Source of the DNA: Lama guanicoe
Taxonomy: Eukaryota
Assembly: GCA_013239625.1 (NCBI GenBank)
Contig: MU053881.1
Location: forward strand, 4,547,957-4,611,956
DNA length: 64,000 nucleotides
Direction of reading: 5' to 3'
A program made the translations under genes and the position numbers. The notes under the pieces were generated by a model, which was not told the DNA's origin, made no database searches, and worked only from the letters and a program-made list of their open reading frames with translations. This document shows, one piece after another, positions 1-12,076 of this stretch (within the stretch, counting starts at the first letter, position 1; each line of letters begins with the position of its first letter).

Positions 1-167
1 CAAATTCCAGTGTTCAGCACAATTTTTCAGTCATTCATGGACATATACACACTCATTGTCACATTTTTTCTCTGTGAGTTATCATAACATTTTGTGTATA
101 TTTCCCTGTGCTATACAGTGTAATCTTGTTTATCTATTCTACAATTTTGAAATCCCAGTCTATCCTT
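1..167 (-). mobile_element. Young camelid-type LINE-1 3' UTR fragment (continues beyond window start)
   Basis: Reverse complement reads GGATAGACTGGGATTTCAAAATTGTAGAATAGATAAACAAGATTACACTGTATAGCACAGGGAAATAT...GAACACTGGAATTTG, an L1 3' UTR. Its end overlaps the start of the L1 tail at 48021. Confidence 0.85.
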
Positions 168-354
168 GATTCCTTTTTCTTTCTTTTCTTTTTTCTTTTT
201 TTGTTTTCCTGCATAGTTGGCTGTTGGCTCGAGGGTGCCATTGAAAATGCCTAAAATGTAATAATTCTGGAGACTGGAATCTGTGGAAAGATAAATCAAC
301 CAAATGAGACCCCTCCCCCACAACGCTGAGAACTGCACAGAGGCAGAGGACACA

Positions 355-545
355 GAAGTGGCAACAGAGCAGCCCGCGGGCCACGTGTGGCCCCCAGATG
401 ACGTCTGTTCTGCTTCATGGTGTCTGATAAACTGAATGGGGGGGGTCACCATTTTAAAATTGGGAGATTTCACATCAAATCTAGATTTCTGTCTTTGCTT
501 CTAAAATGGGGCAAAAGGAGCCCATCTGCTCACATGGCAAACCTC
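355..545. mobile_element. hAT-Charlie (MER102-like) DNA transposon remnant
   Basis: GGGAGATTTCACATCAAATCTAGATTTCTG...TGGCAAC resembles the MER102/Charlie consensus; boundaries approximate. Confidence 0.5.
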
Positions 546-1589
546 TCTGATAGTCAGGAAGGCACATTTGTCAAGAGAAGCTTTTAGAGCAGACTGTATT
601 AATGGCTTGTTAACTTGATTAGAACTCTTAACCGTTGAACATATGAAATGGGTCCCCCTTTCATTCTCCTGCATTTGCAGGGGCAGACCTGATCACCTGC
701 ACCTAGAGCACTGCTGGCATGTTCAGTCAAGGCTCAAAAGATCTTATTTGAAATAATGAACTTGTGGGGCTGGGGTGGGAGCAGCGGAGGGGGTTAGGGG
801 CAAACCGCTAGGAAATGCAAGACGTCCTGAACTTGCCCGGTCATGGGGCTGGATTCCAACTCGCGTGCCTGTGGCATTGGGATAGGAAGGCTGTCCCCGT
901 GCGCAGCCATCAGAAGAAGCCAGACGATGGACATTCCCAAGGCTCCGGAACATCTCAGCTTCCCATCCCACCACTGAACAGAAATAATTTTGCATTGGTT
1001 AAACTTAGAGATTGAATTTTGTGATGAGGCTAGTGCCCTGAGTCTAAGACTCCCAGTGTCTTGGGAAGGGGTTCAGGAAGGACTCTAGGAAGCTGATTGC
1101 CAGTGTGGGGTGTGTCAGACACAGATGAATGTGTCACATGATGGTGAACTGGCATTTACACTGGTCCGTCGTCACCAAAGAGCCGGAAGCCCCCTGCACA
1201 GGTACATTAGAGGCCACCCTCTGTTCTGATCTGGCTGGATCCTCTCTCTCTTCCAGCATCTAGACTCAGCTGAACCTAACCTTCTGCCCTCTGCCCTCTT
1301 CCCTCTCCCAGGATAGTTTGTGGGCCCAGAGTTCTTGTTGCTAATTGCATCTTCCAGTGCTCATAAATCAAGTACTTAACTATTGGTTTCTAAAGAGGCA
1401 TTTTCCCCCCTCCAGTATGCTCTGCAAAATGCCTGGTCCAGATCTGACTGCCTGGAAGACCTCCAATTCTGTTTTTGAGGACTTGCTGCTCTTACTTTCT
1501 CTGTGATATCCTGGAAATTACTCCACGTCTTCATTAGGCAGGGTCAAGGACGCTTCTTAAAAGACACCAGCTAGATGGAGTATCCAATT

Positions 1590-1875
1590 GCCCTTCCCTC
1601 CATCCTCCTTTCTGGAATACATAAGAGGTAGCTGGAGCTCCGGCAGCCTTTGCTGGGCCATGAGGCAAACTAGAGGATGAAAGCAAAGGCTAAAAATGGT
1701 GAAGCAGTAATGTGAAGGAACCTGGTACCCCTGTGACCATGGAACTACCCTACCAGCCCTGGACTAACTCCTTGTAGGACTATTTTAAATGAGAGAGAAA
1801 TCAGCGTGATGATGTGTAAACTGCTGCTCTTCTAGGCACAGTGCTTTCACAGCAATTGCTATGAACTTCATCTTA
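1590..1875 (+). mobile_element. Old MaLR (MLT1J/K-like) LTR, 3' half
   Basis: GCTGGAGCTCCGGCAGCC...CCATGAGG...CCAGCCCTGGACT...GAGAGAGAAAT blocks typical of old MLT1. Confidence 0.55.
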
Positions 1876-3034
1876 ACCAAGGGACCGTCTCTCCCTGGGC
1901 TGACTTCCAGCTGAGATACCTCTTCCCCTCTCTCTCCATGTACAGTCAACACCCAGTGAACTGCCTCAACCCACTTTGTAGGCCAGGATGTTCTGTTTCT
2001 CAGGTGGTTTGTGCAATTATTTATAAGAGAGACGTGTATGCTGCCTGGATGTCTCTTGGATAAAAATGTCTTTCAGACGGCCTCCCCTGATTCTCATCCG
2101 GATAGAGTGTTTAGACTGGGCTGACCTTCAGCCAGCATGTAAAGACACACTTGTACTGGCTGGTAAATTATAAACACAACCACACAGGTTGGAAACCAGT
2201 TGCTGCTTCAAGACCCACTAGCGTATCCCTACTCTTTCCCCAGTAACCCTCAGATTCACATAATCCAGCCACTTAAAAAGTTTACACCTGGGGAGGCGAG
2301 GGTCTAAGACTCACCCATCTCATATGTGTTCTGACGGGGGACACCCATGAGATGCCTCTGCCCCAGGGTGTAGAGGGGAGGGGCCCACACCATCCCGGCC
2401 TGGGAAGGAAGGTGTCCTGACCGCCCCACTGGCTGGGACCCGCTGGCACCCAGAGCTGTGCCCTTTCCCACCTGGTAACTGGTGCCCTGCTGACTCTGAT
2501 CTCCCACCTGTGACCAGTGACTTCAAGGCTTGTTCTCTGGGCTCAGAAACACCCCAGGGAGCACTGGCTGTCTCCCGCAGACACTCACTGGATGCAGACC
2601 CCAACCTCTCACCTTGTCCTCCATTCATCCTGCTGGCCTGGCAGAACGCCCCCACCCCACCCCCCAGCTCCTGGCTCCCAGCACCCACACCAGCTGGTGC
2701 CCCTGCTGCTTCAGACCTCACAGCCCAGCCAACACATGGGGCTGCATCCCTGGTCGCTCTGGAGCAACTCCTTCCAAACTCCAATCCCCTCATTTCTGAG
2801 CATCATCTACAGACTCTCCTCACATCTCCTCCTGGATGTGAACCAATAAACTCCTCGATCCCAGTGACTTTCCTGTGTGGAGAATTTCCCCAGGCTTTTG
2901 TCTTACTCCCTTTTGTCTGGGCCAGGAATTCTCACGGAGAGAATCTTTGGGGGTGTTTTGCAGATGAGTGGGGCATTTTCAGCTGTCCCAGTGACTGGCG
3001 GGGAGCCGGTGGCATTTAGCAGATAGGGGCTGAA

Positions 3035-4035
3035 ATTTTTTCCTAATATTCACTGTAAAGTTATTGAACTATGGCGTGCATACAGAAGAGTGCGCACATC
3101 TATGTGTACACACGATGAGTTTTCACAAAGTGGACATATCCACCTAACCAGCTCCCAGACCCAAACCAGGAGATTATCAGCACCCCTAAAACTCCTTCAG
3201 ATCCCCTCGCGGCCGCTACCATCCATCCAGGATAACCACCGCCCTGACTTCTAACACCAGGAATTCTATTTTTTTTTAAACCACCTTGGAAAGACATCAT
3301 GCCAAGTATATTTTTTGGGTCTGGTTTCTTCCACTCACATTCACGTGTCAGAGATTCCTTCATGTTGCTGCATACGGTTCTTGATGGGCACTTGGGTTCT
3401 TTGATGTTATTAGAAGTAGTGCTGCCCTGAACATTCCCCCGTGCACTTCCTGATTGACAGACGTACACATTTCTCCTAGGCATTCACCACGGAGTGAGCA
3501 CCTGGGCCACGGGACAGGCATATGCGCAGCCTTAGCAGCTACAGCTGAAGAGTTTTCCAAAGTTGTTGTAGCCGTTGACAGTCCCATCTGCACATTAGGA
3601 GAGTTCCTGTTGCCCTGCTTCCTTGTCAACACTTACTATTATCTGTTTCACGTTAGCCATTCTGGAGGGTGCACTGTGGTATCTCACTGCGATTGCTGGC
3701 CATCTGGATACCCTCTTTCGTGAAGTGTCTGCTCAAGCCTTTGCCCAGTTTACTGTTAAGTATATGCTTTTTCTTCTATTGTTTGTAGCTCTTTATTTAT
3801 TCTGGGTACAACTTCTTTGATGAACACATGGATTACAGATCTCCTCTCTAGTTTGTGACTCATCTTTTCACTCTCCTCAAAGTGTCACTGGATGAAACAG
3901 GATCTTTAGAGAGCAAAACTCATTAACGTTTCTTTCAGGTTAATACATTCTGATGCTAAGTAATCTTTTCCTGTCTCTTCATTTCCTTCTAGAAGTTCCA
4001 TAGGTCTACCTTTCACATTTTAACTTATAATCCCA
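3035..4035 (-). mobile_element. Old LINE-1 (L1MB/L1MC-like) ORF2 end and 3' UTR
   Basis: Antisense L1 blocks such as GATGGGCACTTGGGTTCTTT, TTAGCCATTCTGGAGGGTGCACTGTGGTATCTCACTG and GAAGTGTCTGCTCAAG. Confidence 0.8.
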
Positions 4036-4989
4036 TATGCCTTTCCGGTGATCCATCAGGCATCCATGAAAGTGAAAAACCTGTTTATAATGATCTCACC
4101 TAGAGCCTAGCTCAGCTTTACACATAAACACAAAGTTTTTTTTTTTGTACAGTTTAACATACACTGAATTTCCCAAATGTAACTCTTGTGTAAATTTAGA
4201 GAAGATGATATTTTGTTTGATTTGGAACTTTATCAAGATTTGAATCACCATTTCAGAAAAACTGCATCACTGACAACAAAGTTGCTCAGGGTGCACCCTG
4301 ACTTACCCATAGAGCCACCTGTGTTCATCTACAGCTCTAGGGGATTCTGTGTTTGAAAGAGACACACATACTTAGTTGGCTCTTTTTCAAACTATCAAGG
4401 AGAAGGAAGTTTCAGCAACCTTCGCTCAGTTATTGTCATACTTCTCTTAAATCCAAATGTATTCATGTAACTGATCACTTCAAATATGTCCCCAGGTGTG
4501 GCCACGCCCTTATGTCTAGATATTGGTGCACGTATGTTTGTATCATAAATTATTTTCATTTCTCTTTCTGTGACAAATAAGGCATTATGTTAGTTTGGGA
4601 GAGGGAATTACGCGTGTGGGTGCATTTCATCTCAATTCATTTTAGGACGGGAAAGGGGATTTTACAAAGTATTTCTTGCAAGGAGGGGCCTTTGGGGCTG
4701 ATAGGGTGAGGACCAGTGTCCTGGGCTCTGCTCAGGGCGCCTCACATTTCACATCAAATGAGAACAGTTTTCTCTCCTAAAATGAAATTCTTCTTAGGCC
4801 AACCGATTTCACAGTAATAGGAGTGTTCTTTTCTGTTCATTACACTTGTTAAAAAGAAGGAGCCACACCAACCCCAGGAGAGATACGTGGGTGGCCCTGC
4901 TTCTCAAAGTCACCTCACTCCCTCCACCATCTACCTGCCTGAAGTCACACTCGGGCCCACTCTGGTTCTTTGTTGGGTTCAGTTTCACG

Positions 4990-5375
4990 GGTAGAAAGGT
5001 CTGAGTTCAAGCCCCAGCTCTGCCCCAGACTCCCTGTGTGGCTCTGGGGCACACACCCTCCGTGAGCCCACAGCCTGCATTCACCAAGTGCGGACCGGGA
5101 AACTTACTGGGCGTGTCTGTGACAGTCAGAAGGTAACAGCTGCTGACCTGTACTGAGTGCCGACTCCAGGCCAGCTGCTGTACTAAATGCCTTAGGAGGA
5201 TAATCTCCTTTCACCCTCACAGCCCTGCCATTTGGATGGGGACCGCTATCCCCATTTTACAGATGAGGAAAGTGGAGGCACAGAGAGGGTAAGTAAATTG
5301 CCCTAGGACACACAGTATATGGCAAAGCTGAGCATTGACCCCAGGAAGACGGACTGGCTTCCATCAAATAGTAAC
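4990..5375. mobile_element. Two MIR SINE remnants (one + at ~4990-5110, one - at ~5135-5375)
   Basis: GAGTTCAAGCCCCAGCTCTGCC and the MIR core CCCATTTTACAGATGAGGAAAGTGGAGGCACAGAGAGGGTAAGTAAATTGCCC. Confidence 0.8.
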
Positions 5376-5779
5376 TTATAGGGAAAACAGTGTCCAGCAC
5401 AGGGAAGATATTTTAAAATGTCAGGTATGTGCCTAATGGTTGAATAGTTCTGAAAACTTAAATTTTTTTTTTGTGATTGTTTCTTTCTCCCCCTCAACCT
5501 CCACCCAAGAAGAACTAGACACATGCCTTTGGTTGAAAATATTAAACCATTTCATATATGTCATACTGAGTTTCAAACAGCTTGATTTCTAATACCCCAA
5601 CTGCCTAAATTTGGCAGAGTTTGTCAACAGGCCACTAGGAAAAGCGATGTTAATTTTAATTTACCTGTGAATGATATATGGAAGTCTGTGTTTGCACTGG
5701 AATTCATGCCAATATTTACCTTTAAAAAAAAATCAATTCCCATAAGCAACAAAAAACACACTATGTCAAAAATATTTCC

Positions 5780-6310
5780 AAGCCGCAGGCCACTTACGCC
5801 TGGAAATACTTGACACGGAGAAGCACCCCGGCCCCCGCCCCCCACCCCGAGCGCGGGCTGCAGCAGCATCTGACCTGCAAGTCTCTAGATCCTTCAGAAC
5901 GTTCTCTGATGCAGACCGAGGTCAGGTATGGTAAATAAAGCGGCTTCCAGTGCAAAATAGACCCCGCTTCTCAGCAGGTGTGGCGGCTGAAATTTTCCAC
6001 TTTGGAAAACGGCTGTGGGCTTGGAGCGCGTTCGAGAGCTCGGCCGCGGCAGCCGTCCAGGCGGCTGAGTGTGTGGTCGTTCGCAAACAGCAGCAGGACC
6101 CTGGGCTTCAGGGCCGGGCTTCGGGGCGAGCCTCTGCTATCGCCCGGCCGGCCGCCAAGGTGCCTCGGGCCTCTGGGCTTCTGCTTCCCTGCCCGCCCAG
6201 AGGGGGAAGCTGAACGAGAGAACCCCTAAGGCGCCCCCAGGCCGAGGCTTCCGGGAGCTGAGGGGTCGGCACGTGCCACGGTTGTGGATGGGCCGGTGCC
6301 GGCTCACGTT
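5780..6310. promoter_or_regulatory. CpG island-like segment with no recognisable exon
   Basis: About 0.5 kb, GC-rich, with dense CpGs (GCGCGTTCGAGAGCTCGGCCGCGGC, CGCCCGGCCGGCCGCC) and a GC box CCCCGCCCC near 5832; flanks are CpG-poor. Confidence 0.6.
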
Positions 6311-6324
6311 TTGAACAAGCCAGG

Positions 6325-6490
6325 ACTCACTTCCTTTCTAGCTGTGTGACTTGGGCCCATCACTCACCTCTCTGAGTCTCAGCTTCCTCCTTAATAAAAC
6401 TAGGAATAATAACACTGGTCTCCCAGGGTTGCTGCAAAGATCGCACCTAAAAGTCTGAAGGAGGAATAGATGCTCAGCAAATGTCAGTTT
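6325..6490 (+). mobile_element. MIR SINE
   Basis: CTAGCTGTGTGACTTGGGC...CCTCTCTGAGTCTCAGCTTCCTC MIR core. Confidence 0.75.
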
Positions 6491-6792
6491 CTCGCTCTCA
6501 CACACTTACACACTTCTTTTTTCCACTGCGACCCCCACTCTCAGCACCAGAACTCTCAAATCTTCTGCCCCAACTAGCATCCACTCTGAGACCAACTGTT
6601 GCAATGGGAACCACCTGATAAATGGATACATTTACACCTGTCACTTTCCCGGAACATTTGCCTTAAGAATTTTAATGGTAGAATTTCAGTGCATAGACCA
6701 GAGAGCAATCAGTGATTTAAATATGGCAACATTTGCTTTTAAAATTCCACTCCCTGATGATGCTAGGGAAAGAAACTTTGGGAATGGTTTCT

Positions 6793-6965
6793 TTATATAT
6801 ATTTGTTTAATTAATTTTAATTTCTTTTGATTTTTTAACTTTTTTGGTAGGGGGAGGCAATTAGGTTTAGTTATCTAAATAGATGTTAATGGAGGGACTG
6901 GGGATTGAACCCAGGACCTCGTGCATGCTAAGCACATGCTCTACCACTAAGCTATGCCCTCCTCC
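6793..6965 (-). mobile_element. Camelid tRNA-derived SINE (Vic-1 type)
   Basis: Minus strand has tRNA-like A/B boxes (TAGCTTAGTGGTAGAGC, GGTTCAATCCCC) and an A-rich tail; TSD TGGTTTCT at 6785-6792 and 6966-6973. Confidence 0.9.
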
Positions 6966-7894
6966 TGGTTTCTCTTTTCAATGTATATTATGTGTATAAG
7001 TATCTGGTCCCTCCGTGTGATTCATTTGGATCCATGATCTATTTCTTTTCCCTTATGGCAAATAACCCACTCTGGTAGATCCATCCCCGGAGTTTTAGCA
7101 GTGGGCAAAGTCTTAGAGCTGGGATTCTTGTTTGCTTTCTCCAGGCAGCCACCCCAGATTCTTTTTGGAAGTAGGTGGCACATAAATGAAAAGTTGGTAA
7201 ACAGAATTCTTTCTTTGGTCTCTTACGGACAGGCCTCGGTCTCTCTGGGCTGCTTCATGGCTCCGAAACGGTAATTATTGGTTGCTTTTTAAAGTGTCCT
7301 TCTGAACTGAGAGTCTTTAGTTATTCTAAATGCATTTGGGATCCTTCTGGACCCAAGAATTAAAGGTGACTCTTCATTCCTGTAAGTCAGAGACTGCCTC
7401 GTCTGAGGAAACATTCCAGGGCTGTTGGCATGCTGTGTGGTGAGATGGGCCAATTAAAGCTACACCCCAGCATCCTGCAGGTGGGGGCCCCAGGTAGCCT
7501 CAGGCAGCTGGAAGCTTCCTCATGAGTCTGATCTTCAGCCTGGGTGGACACTTTCCTCCCGTTGCCCCAGTCTCTTGGTTCCTGGAGTGATGGAAATCAA
7601 GAAAGAGGCCACTGGGCCAGAAGAATTGTCGGTGGCCTTGTTGAACCACAAATCTCACTAATGTCACGGGATTTGGGTAATGCCCTGAAACACACCTGAC
7701 TTCTGAAAGAGACAGTGCTGTTCCCAAAGATGCTACAAAGTCTACTATTTTATAGTAGACACCCCCCACCCCAAGACCCCTTCTACCAATCCCACCCTCC
7801 CTCCCAACACAACACTGTTATGGAGGATTAAGGGTGAGGTGGGAGTCTGATCAGGAGACACAGCAAACTCCGGCATGTAGTAACAATGTGATAG

Positions 7895-8440
7895 TAACTG
7901 AGGACTTTTGTGAAGCACTTTATATGCGTTGCTTCATTTCATCCTCACAGTGACCTTAGGAACTAGGCCTTCCTCTTATCCCCAATTTCACAGAAGAGAG
8001 GGCCGAGGCTGGGGGCGGGGGAAGTAAGTTGTGGGAGGTTAATAAGTGATGGAGATCCAAGCCCAGATCCGACTGGCCCCACCAGCCTCATTTTGACAAC
8101 TGCACACAGATCTGCCTCCTGCTTTGCCCTGAGCCTGAGCACGTCACACTTCTCTAGGCCACGCAGGCCCAGGTCTGGCTCCTGCTGTGCACACCGAGCC
8201 CCAAAGAGAGCACAGGGGCTGGAAGGGCAGGCCCGGGGCCAGGTGGCTCAGGTTTGAACTCAGCTCCAAAGCTTATTCATGGTATGGCCGTGGGCAAGTT
8301 ACTCAAGCTTTCTGTGCCTTCCATGCAAAGGAAGAACAGCCCATATCTGCGTGCAGTGGAGGAGGGTGGGAGGGTCTGTGTAAAGTTCATGCACAGGGTT
8401 TGGCACATTGGAAGAGCTCCATAAACCCTGGGTGCCTTCA
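7895..8440. mobile_element. Two MIR remnants (- at ~7895-8105, + at ~8240-8440)
   Basis: TTTCATCCTCACAG...ATCCCCAATTTCACAGAAGAG and GGTTTGAACTCAGCTC...GGGCAAGTTACT. Confidence 0.65.
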
Positions 8441-8599
8441 TCAGCTCTCCCTGCTCGATTCAACTGCCCGCGGGCCATCTCCACCTTAGCACAGCAGGCA
8501 CCTGCTGGCAGAGCCACAGCTGAATTAATTCCTGGTCTCCACCTCAGACCTGCTCTTCCCCACTCCTGCCCGCCCCAGCACTGGCAACTTTGTCCTTCT

Positions 8600-9270
8600 A
8601 GGAGCTGAGGTCAAAGATTGTGAACTCCTCTCCTCCCTGCATGCCTCGCATCTAACTCACCTGCAGTCCTTTTCATTTTAGCTCTAAAATATACCCAGAC
8701 CCCAGCTCTATCTCTGCGCCTCCACTGCTACCTGGTCTGGGTGAACACCATCTCGCCCCTGGGTGTCCCTGCTAGCCTCCTCCCTGGACTTTTTGCTTCT
8801 GCTCTTGCCCATGGCTGTCTTCTCCTGCTGTAGCCAGAGCAACTCAGGAAGCATCATGTAATTCTACTCAAGGCTCCCGCGTGGCTCCCATCTCAACTAG
8901 AGAAAAAGTCAGGATCTAATCATGGACCCACCGAGCTGGTCCCTCACCACATCTCAACTAGAGAAAATGTCACAATCTAATCATGGACCCACCGAGCTGG
9001 TCCCCCACCACATCTCAACTAGAGAAAATGTCACGATCTAATCATGGACCCACTGAGCTGGTCCCCCACCACATTCCCACTCCCTCTTCCTCTCCAGCCT
9101 CACTAGCCACCTGCTTTCCCCTCTAGCGCCTTTGGAACTATCTTCCCCCCCCCATCCCCGACACACACACGCCCCCAAGCATACCTGCAAGCTTAATCCT
9201 TTACCTCCTGTGGCCTCTGCTCACTCAACACCTCATCAAAGCAGGCTTCCCCAGCCATTCTAAATAAGAC
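8600..9270 (+). mobile_element. LINE-2 remnant containing a tandem repeat
   Basis: L2 blocks CTCCACTGCTACC, CACCATCTCGCCCCTGG, AGCCTCCTCCCTGG, GTGGCTCCCATCTCA. Confidence 0.7.
8889..9074 (+). repeat. Minisatellite, 3 x 61 bp
   Basis: Unit CATCTCAACTAGAGAAAA(A/T)GTCA..ATCTAATCATGGACCCAC(C/T)GAGCTGGTCCC(T/C)CACCA starts at 8889, 8950 and 9011. Confidence 0.97.
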
Positions 9271-9587
9271 AAGTCCCCAAGCTGACTTTTGACCGCATGT
9301 GTCACAAACCAATAAATCACCAACCTCCCCCAACCCTAAAGCCTGCTTTCTTTATTTACTCCCAGCGTCACGTGGGGATCAGGTGCAGGAGAAGAATAAA
9401 GAAGAGGCAACGTGCTTGAGCAAAGCGCCAGATGAAACTATAATTCCTTCGGTTACATAGGAAGATATTATGATATAAATAAATGTATTTTATGGGGTTT
9501 GCTGGATACAACATGATTGGTCCAAAGTGCTGTTTTGGACAGAGGAATGCTGAACAAGGCATTTCAGGACAGACTTAAGACATACCC

Positions 9588-9821
9588 AAATTAGGGAGTA
9601 ACATACACACACTACTGTATATAAACAAGATAAACAAAAAGGACCTACTATATAACGCAAGGGGCTATATTCAATTTCTTGCAGTGAGCTGTAATGGAAA
9701 AGAAACTGAAAAAATATATATGTACATACATATGTATGAATAACTGAATCAGTTTGATGTACACCTGAAACTAACATTGTAAATCAACTACATTTCAATA
9801 AATAGTAAGAATTAAAAAAAG
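9588..9821 (+). mobile_element. 5'-truncated cetartiodactyl-type LINE-1 3' end
   Basis: GATAAACAAAAAGGACCTACTATATAAC...GTACACCTGAAACTAACATTGTAAATCAACTACATTTCAATAAA plus A tail; TSD AGACATACC at 9578-9586 and 9822-9830. Confidence 0.9.
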
Positions 9822-10504
9822 AGACATACCGAAGCTCCCTTCCAGGATAACACCCAAGATAGGTTGGAAAGGCAAACTAGACTCTTCAGAGTAAAGAGAT
9901 GGGACTGAACACAAGCACCTGATTGTAATCCCTTGGGAACCCTTGCTACAAAGATCGTGATGGGAGTTTTTACAGACACAAACCTAAAAGGAAAATGTGA
10001 GAGGTGAAAATGACAGAACTTTGGGAGCTGGAAACCGTATGGATAGGAAGTAACTGACTGAGCAGCCCTGCCAGAGCTGAGTTCCAAGCTCACAGCAGGA
10101 AAATCCAAGAACCAGCGGGATTTGTACAGAAGAATGTGCAGAGTAACTCAGGAACCTGTAGCAACAGGTACTTCCTGGAACCCAGAGCAAAGTTGTGGGG
10201 AGGGAGCGCACAAAATAATGGAGGGTAACTGAAATCTGTTTGGTAGCAGTCAGATGCCTGGACCCCAACCCCCACACTCCACACTTCTGGGTACCTGCCC
10301 CTGGGCCGCTCTGGCCCAAGACTGACCATTTGCTTTCCAGGCAGGATAAAACATAGGGACGGCGTGACATCAGACCCAGTTGATGGGGTCTGATACCCAG
10401 CATATCATACCGAAAACGGGGATTCAGTGGCTGTGGACATGTCCCTCTCTTATCCCTCTGCCCCTGTTGAGCTTCCAGAACGCTGGCAACCAGGTCTTTG
10501 CCCT

Positions 10505-10986
10505 TGTTGGGCTGCACCCCACAGGCCTGCAAGCCCTGCACTTGCTCAGCCTCAAGAGCGAAGAAAGAACCTGGGATCAGCAACAGAGGTATCCACGGTT
10601 TACCGCATAGGGGATCTGACATGTCAGAAGCCAGGTCCTGGAGTGATAGCCCACTGTGTGCAGCAGATGGTGGGCAGGACGTGGAGGGAGCTTCACTACT
10701 GCGGGGCAGTACTGATGTCAGGTTGGCTCATTGATTACCAGGGAAACCAGCAGAGGAGCACGCCCCTCACCACCCCTTTGATAAACTATCATAGTGGAGA
10801 TAGCTCTGCTCTAAAGGTTAGAAGAATCCCTAGCTGGAGGCAAGTACACAGGCATTTACTGATTAGGCTCTATGATTAAGAAGGAAGGTCAGTCATGTGA
10901 GTAAGGTGCAGGTGAGGCAGGGACTGGTCAAGCAGGGGATGTACAAAGAGCAAGAGGGCAGCCATCTTGGGTGGCCTGATCATATA
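10505..10986 (-). mobile_element. Solo LTR, ERVL-like, family not named
   Basis: Starts TGTTGGG on +. Minus strand starts TATATGATCAGGCCACCCAAGATGGCTGCC. 5-bp TSD GCCCT at 10500-10504 and 10987-10991. Confidence 0.7.
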
Positions 10987-11316
10987 GCCCTCTAGACAGA
11001 AGGATGGAACAATCTTCTCTGCTCTGTCTGATAAGCTCAGTTGGAAATACCTGAAGACAGTGACACAGGGGCCCCAAGAATTGGCACAGCATGGAGCTCC
11101 ACAATAAAGCTCACTATCGAGAAGCTCTGCCCGTTCAGACCCACGGATGAAGAGACTTCTGAGGAAAGCCTCTACAAGGTAAGTCAAAGAACAAAATAAA
11201 AACTTGGAGGAAACAGAAATTATGCAAGGAGAAAAAAACTTCCAAAAACTGTCACTGATAACCTTTGCAAGATAAGCAAAAACACTGCACCCATGAAACA
11301 AGAAGAGAATGCTTTA

Positions 11317-11319
<3 letters not shown>

Positions 11320-11349
<30 letters not shown>
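11320..11349 (+). repeat. (CA)n microsatellite, ~14 units
   Basis: Direct reading. Confidence 0.98.
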
Positions 11350-11352
<3 letters not shown>

Positions 11353-12076
11353 ACAGAACAAAAAATATTTATTGAAAATTAAGAATGTGAAAATAGAAGG
11401 AAAAAACCGTGTAAAAAATTGGAAGATAAAACTGAGGAAAAGTTTCCAAAAGTAAGTCTGAAAAACAAAGAGATGGAAAACAGGGAAGAAAAGAGAAAAT
11501 GATTTGAAGACCAGTCAAATTCTCACATGCAAATGAAAAGAGGACCACAAAGAAAGAATAGTGAAAACTGAAAAGAGAGGATGTTCAACAAAATAGTACA
11601 AGAATATTTCCCAAACTCAAAGAACAGAAATTTCTGAATTGAAAGGGAACTTCAAGTTCACAGCATAATGAAAAAAAAATGCACACCAAGGTATATTGTT
11701 ATGAAATTTCAAGAATACTGGGAATAAAGAAAACATCCTACCAAGCTTCTGAAGGGTAGAAAAAGATAGGTCAGATGCAACAGATCAGGAATTGGAAAGA
11801 ACAAGGAATTCTCAACAGCACACAGAGAGAAAAACAAGCAAGTAAACATACAAAAAGGAATGGGGCAGTGACTTCAAAATTCTAAAGGAATGTCATCTCC
11901 AACCTAGAGTTCTACACCCAGCCCAATTATCACTCGTGTGTAGAACAGAATAAAGATAATTCAGACACGCAGATTCTTAAAAAAAAAAAATTAACTTCCA
12001 TATGTTTTTTCCCCAGGAAGCCGCTGGAAGGTATACGCTACCAAATGAAGACATAAACTAATAACAAAAGGACATA

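Noticed and set aside
168..216. Polypyrimidine tract ending in TAG as a splice acceptor
   Set aside because: Adjacent to an L1 junction and probably a decayed poly-A or simple repeat; no downstream exon support
766..800. G-quadruplex-capable runs (also ~29614-29649 and ~57825-57848)
   Set aside because: Common in GC-rich mammalian DNA; nothing here points to function
5868..5930. Imperfect fold-back (CTGACCT...AGGTCAG) as a pre-miRNA
   Set aside because: Large asymmetric bulges and only short helices; not supportable without folding or small-RNA data
8889..9074. Regular repeats resembling a CRISPR array
   Set aside because: Head-to-tail units without unique spacers, in a mammalian context with no cas genes
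9984..10879. Longest ORFs (212 aa on -, 150 aa on +)
   Set aside because: They run across HAL1 and LTR sequence and show no recognisable domain; chance open frames
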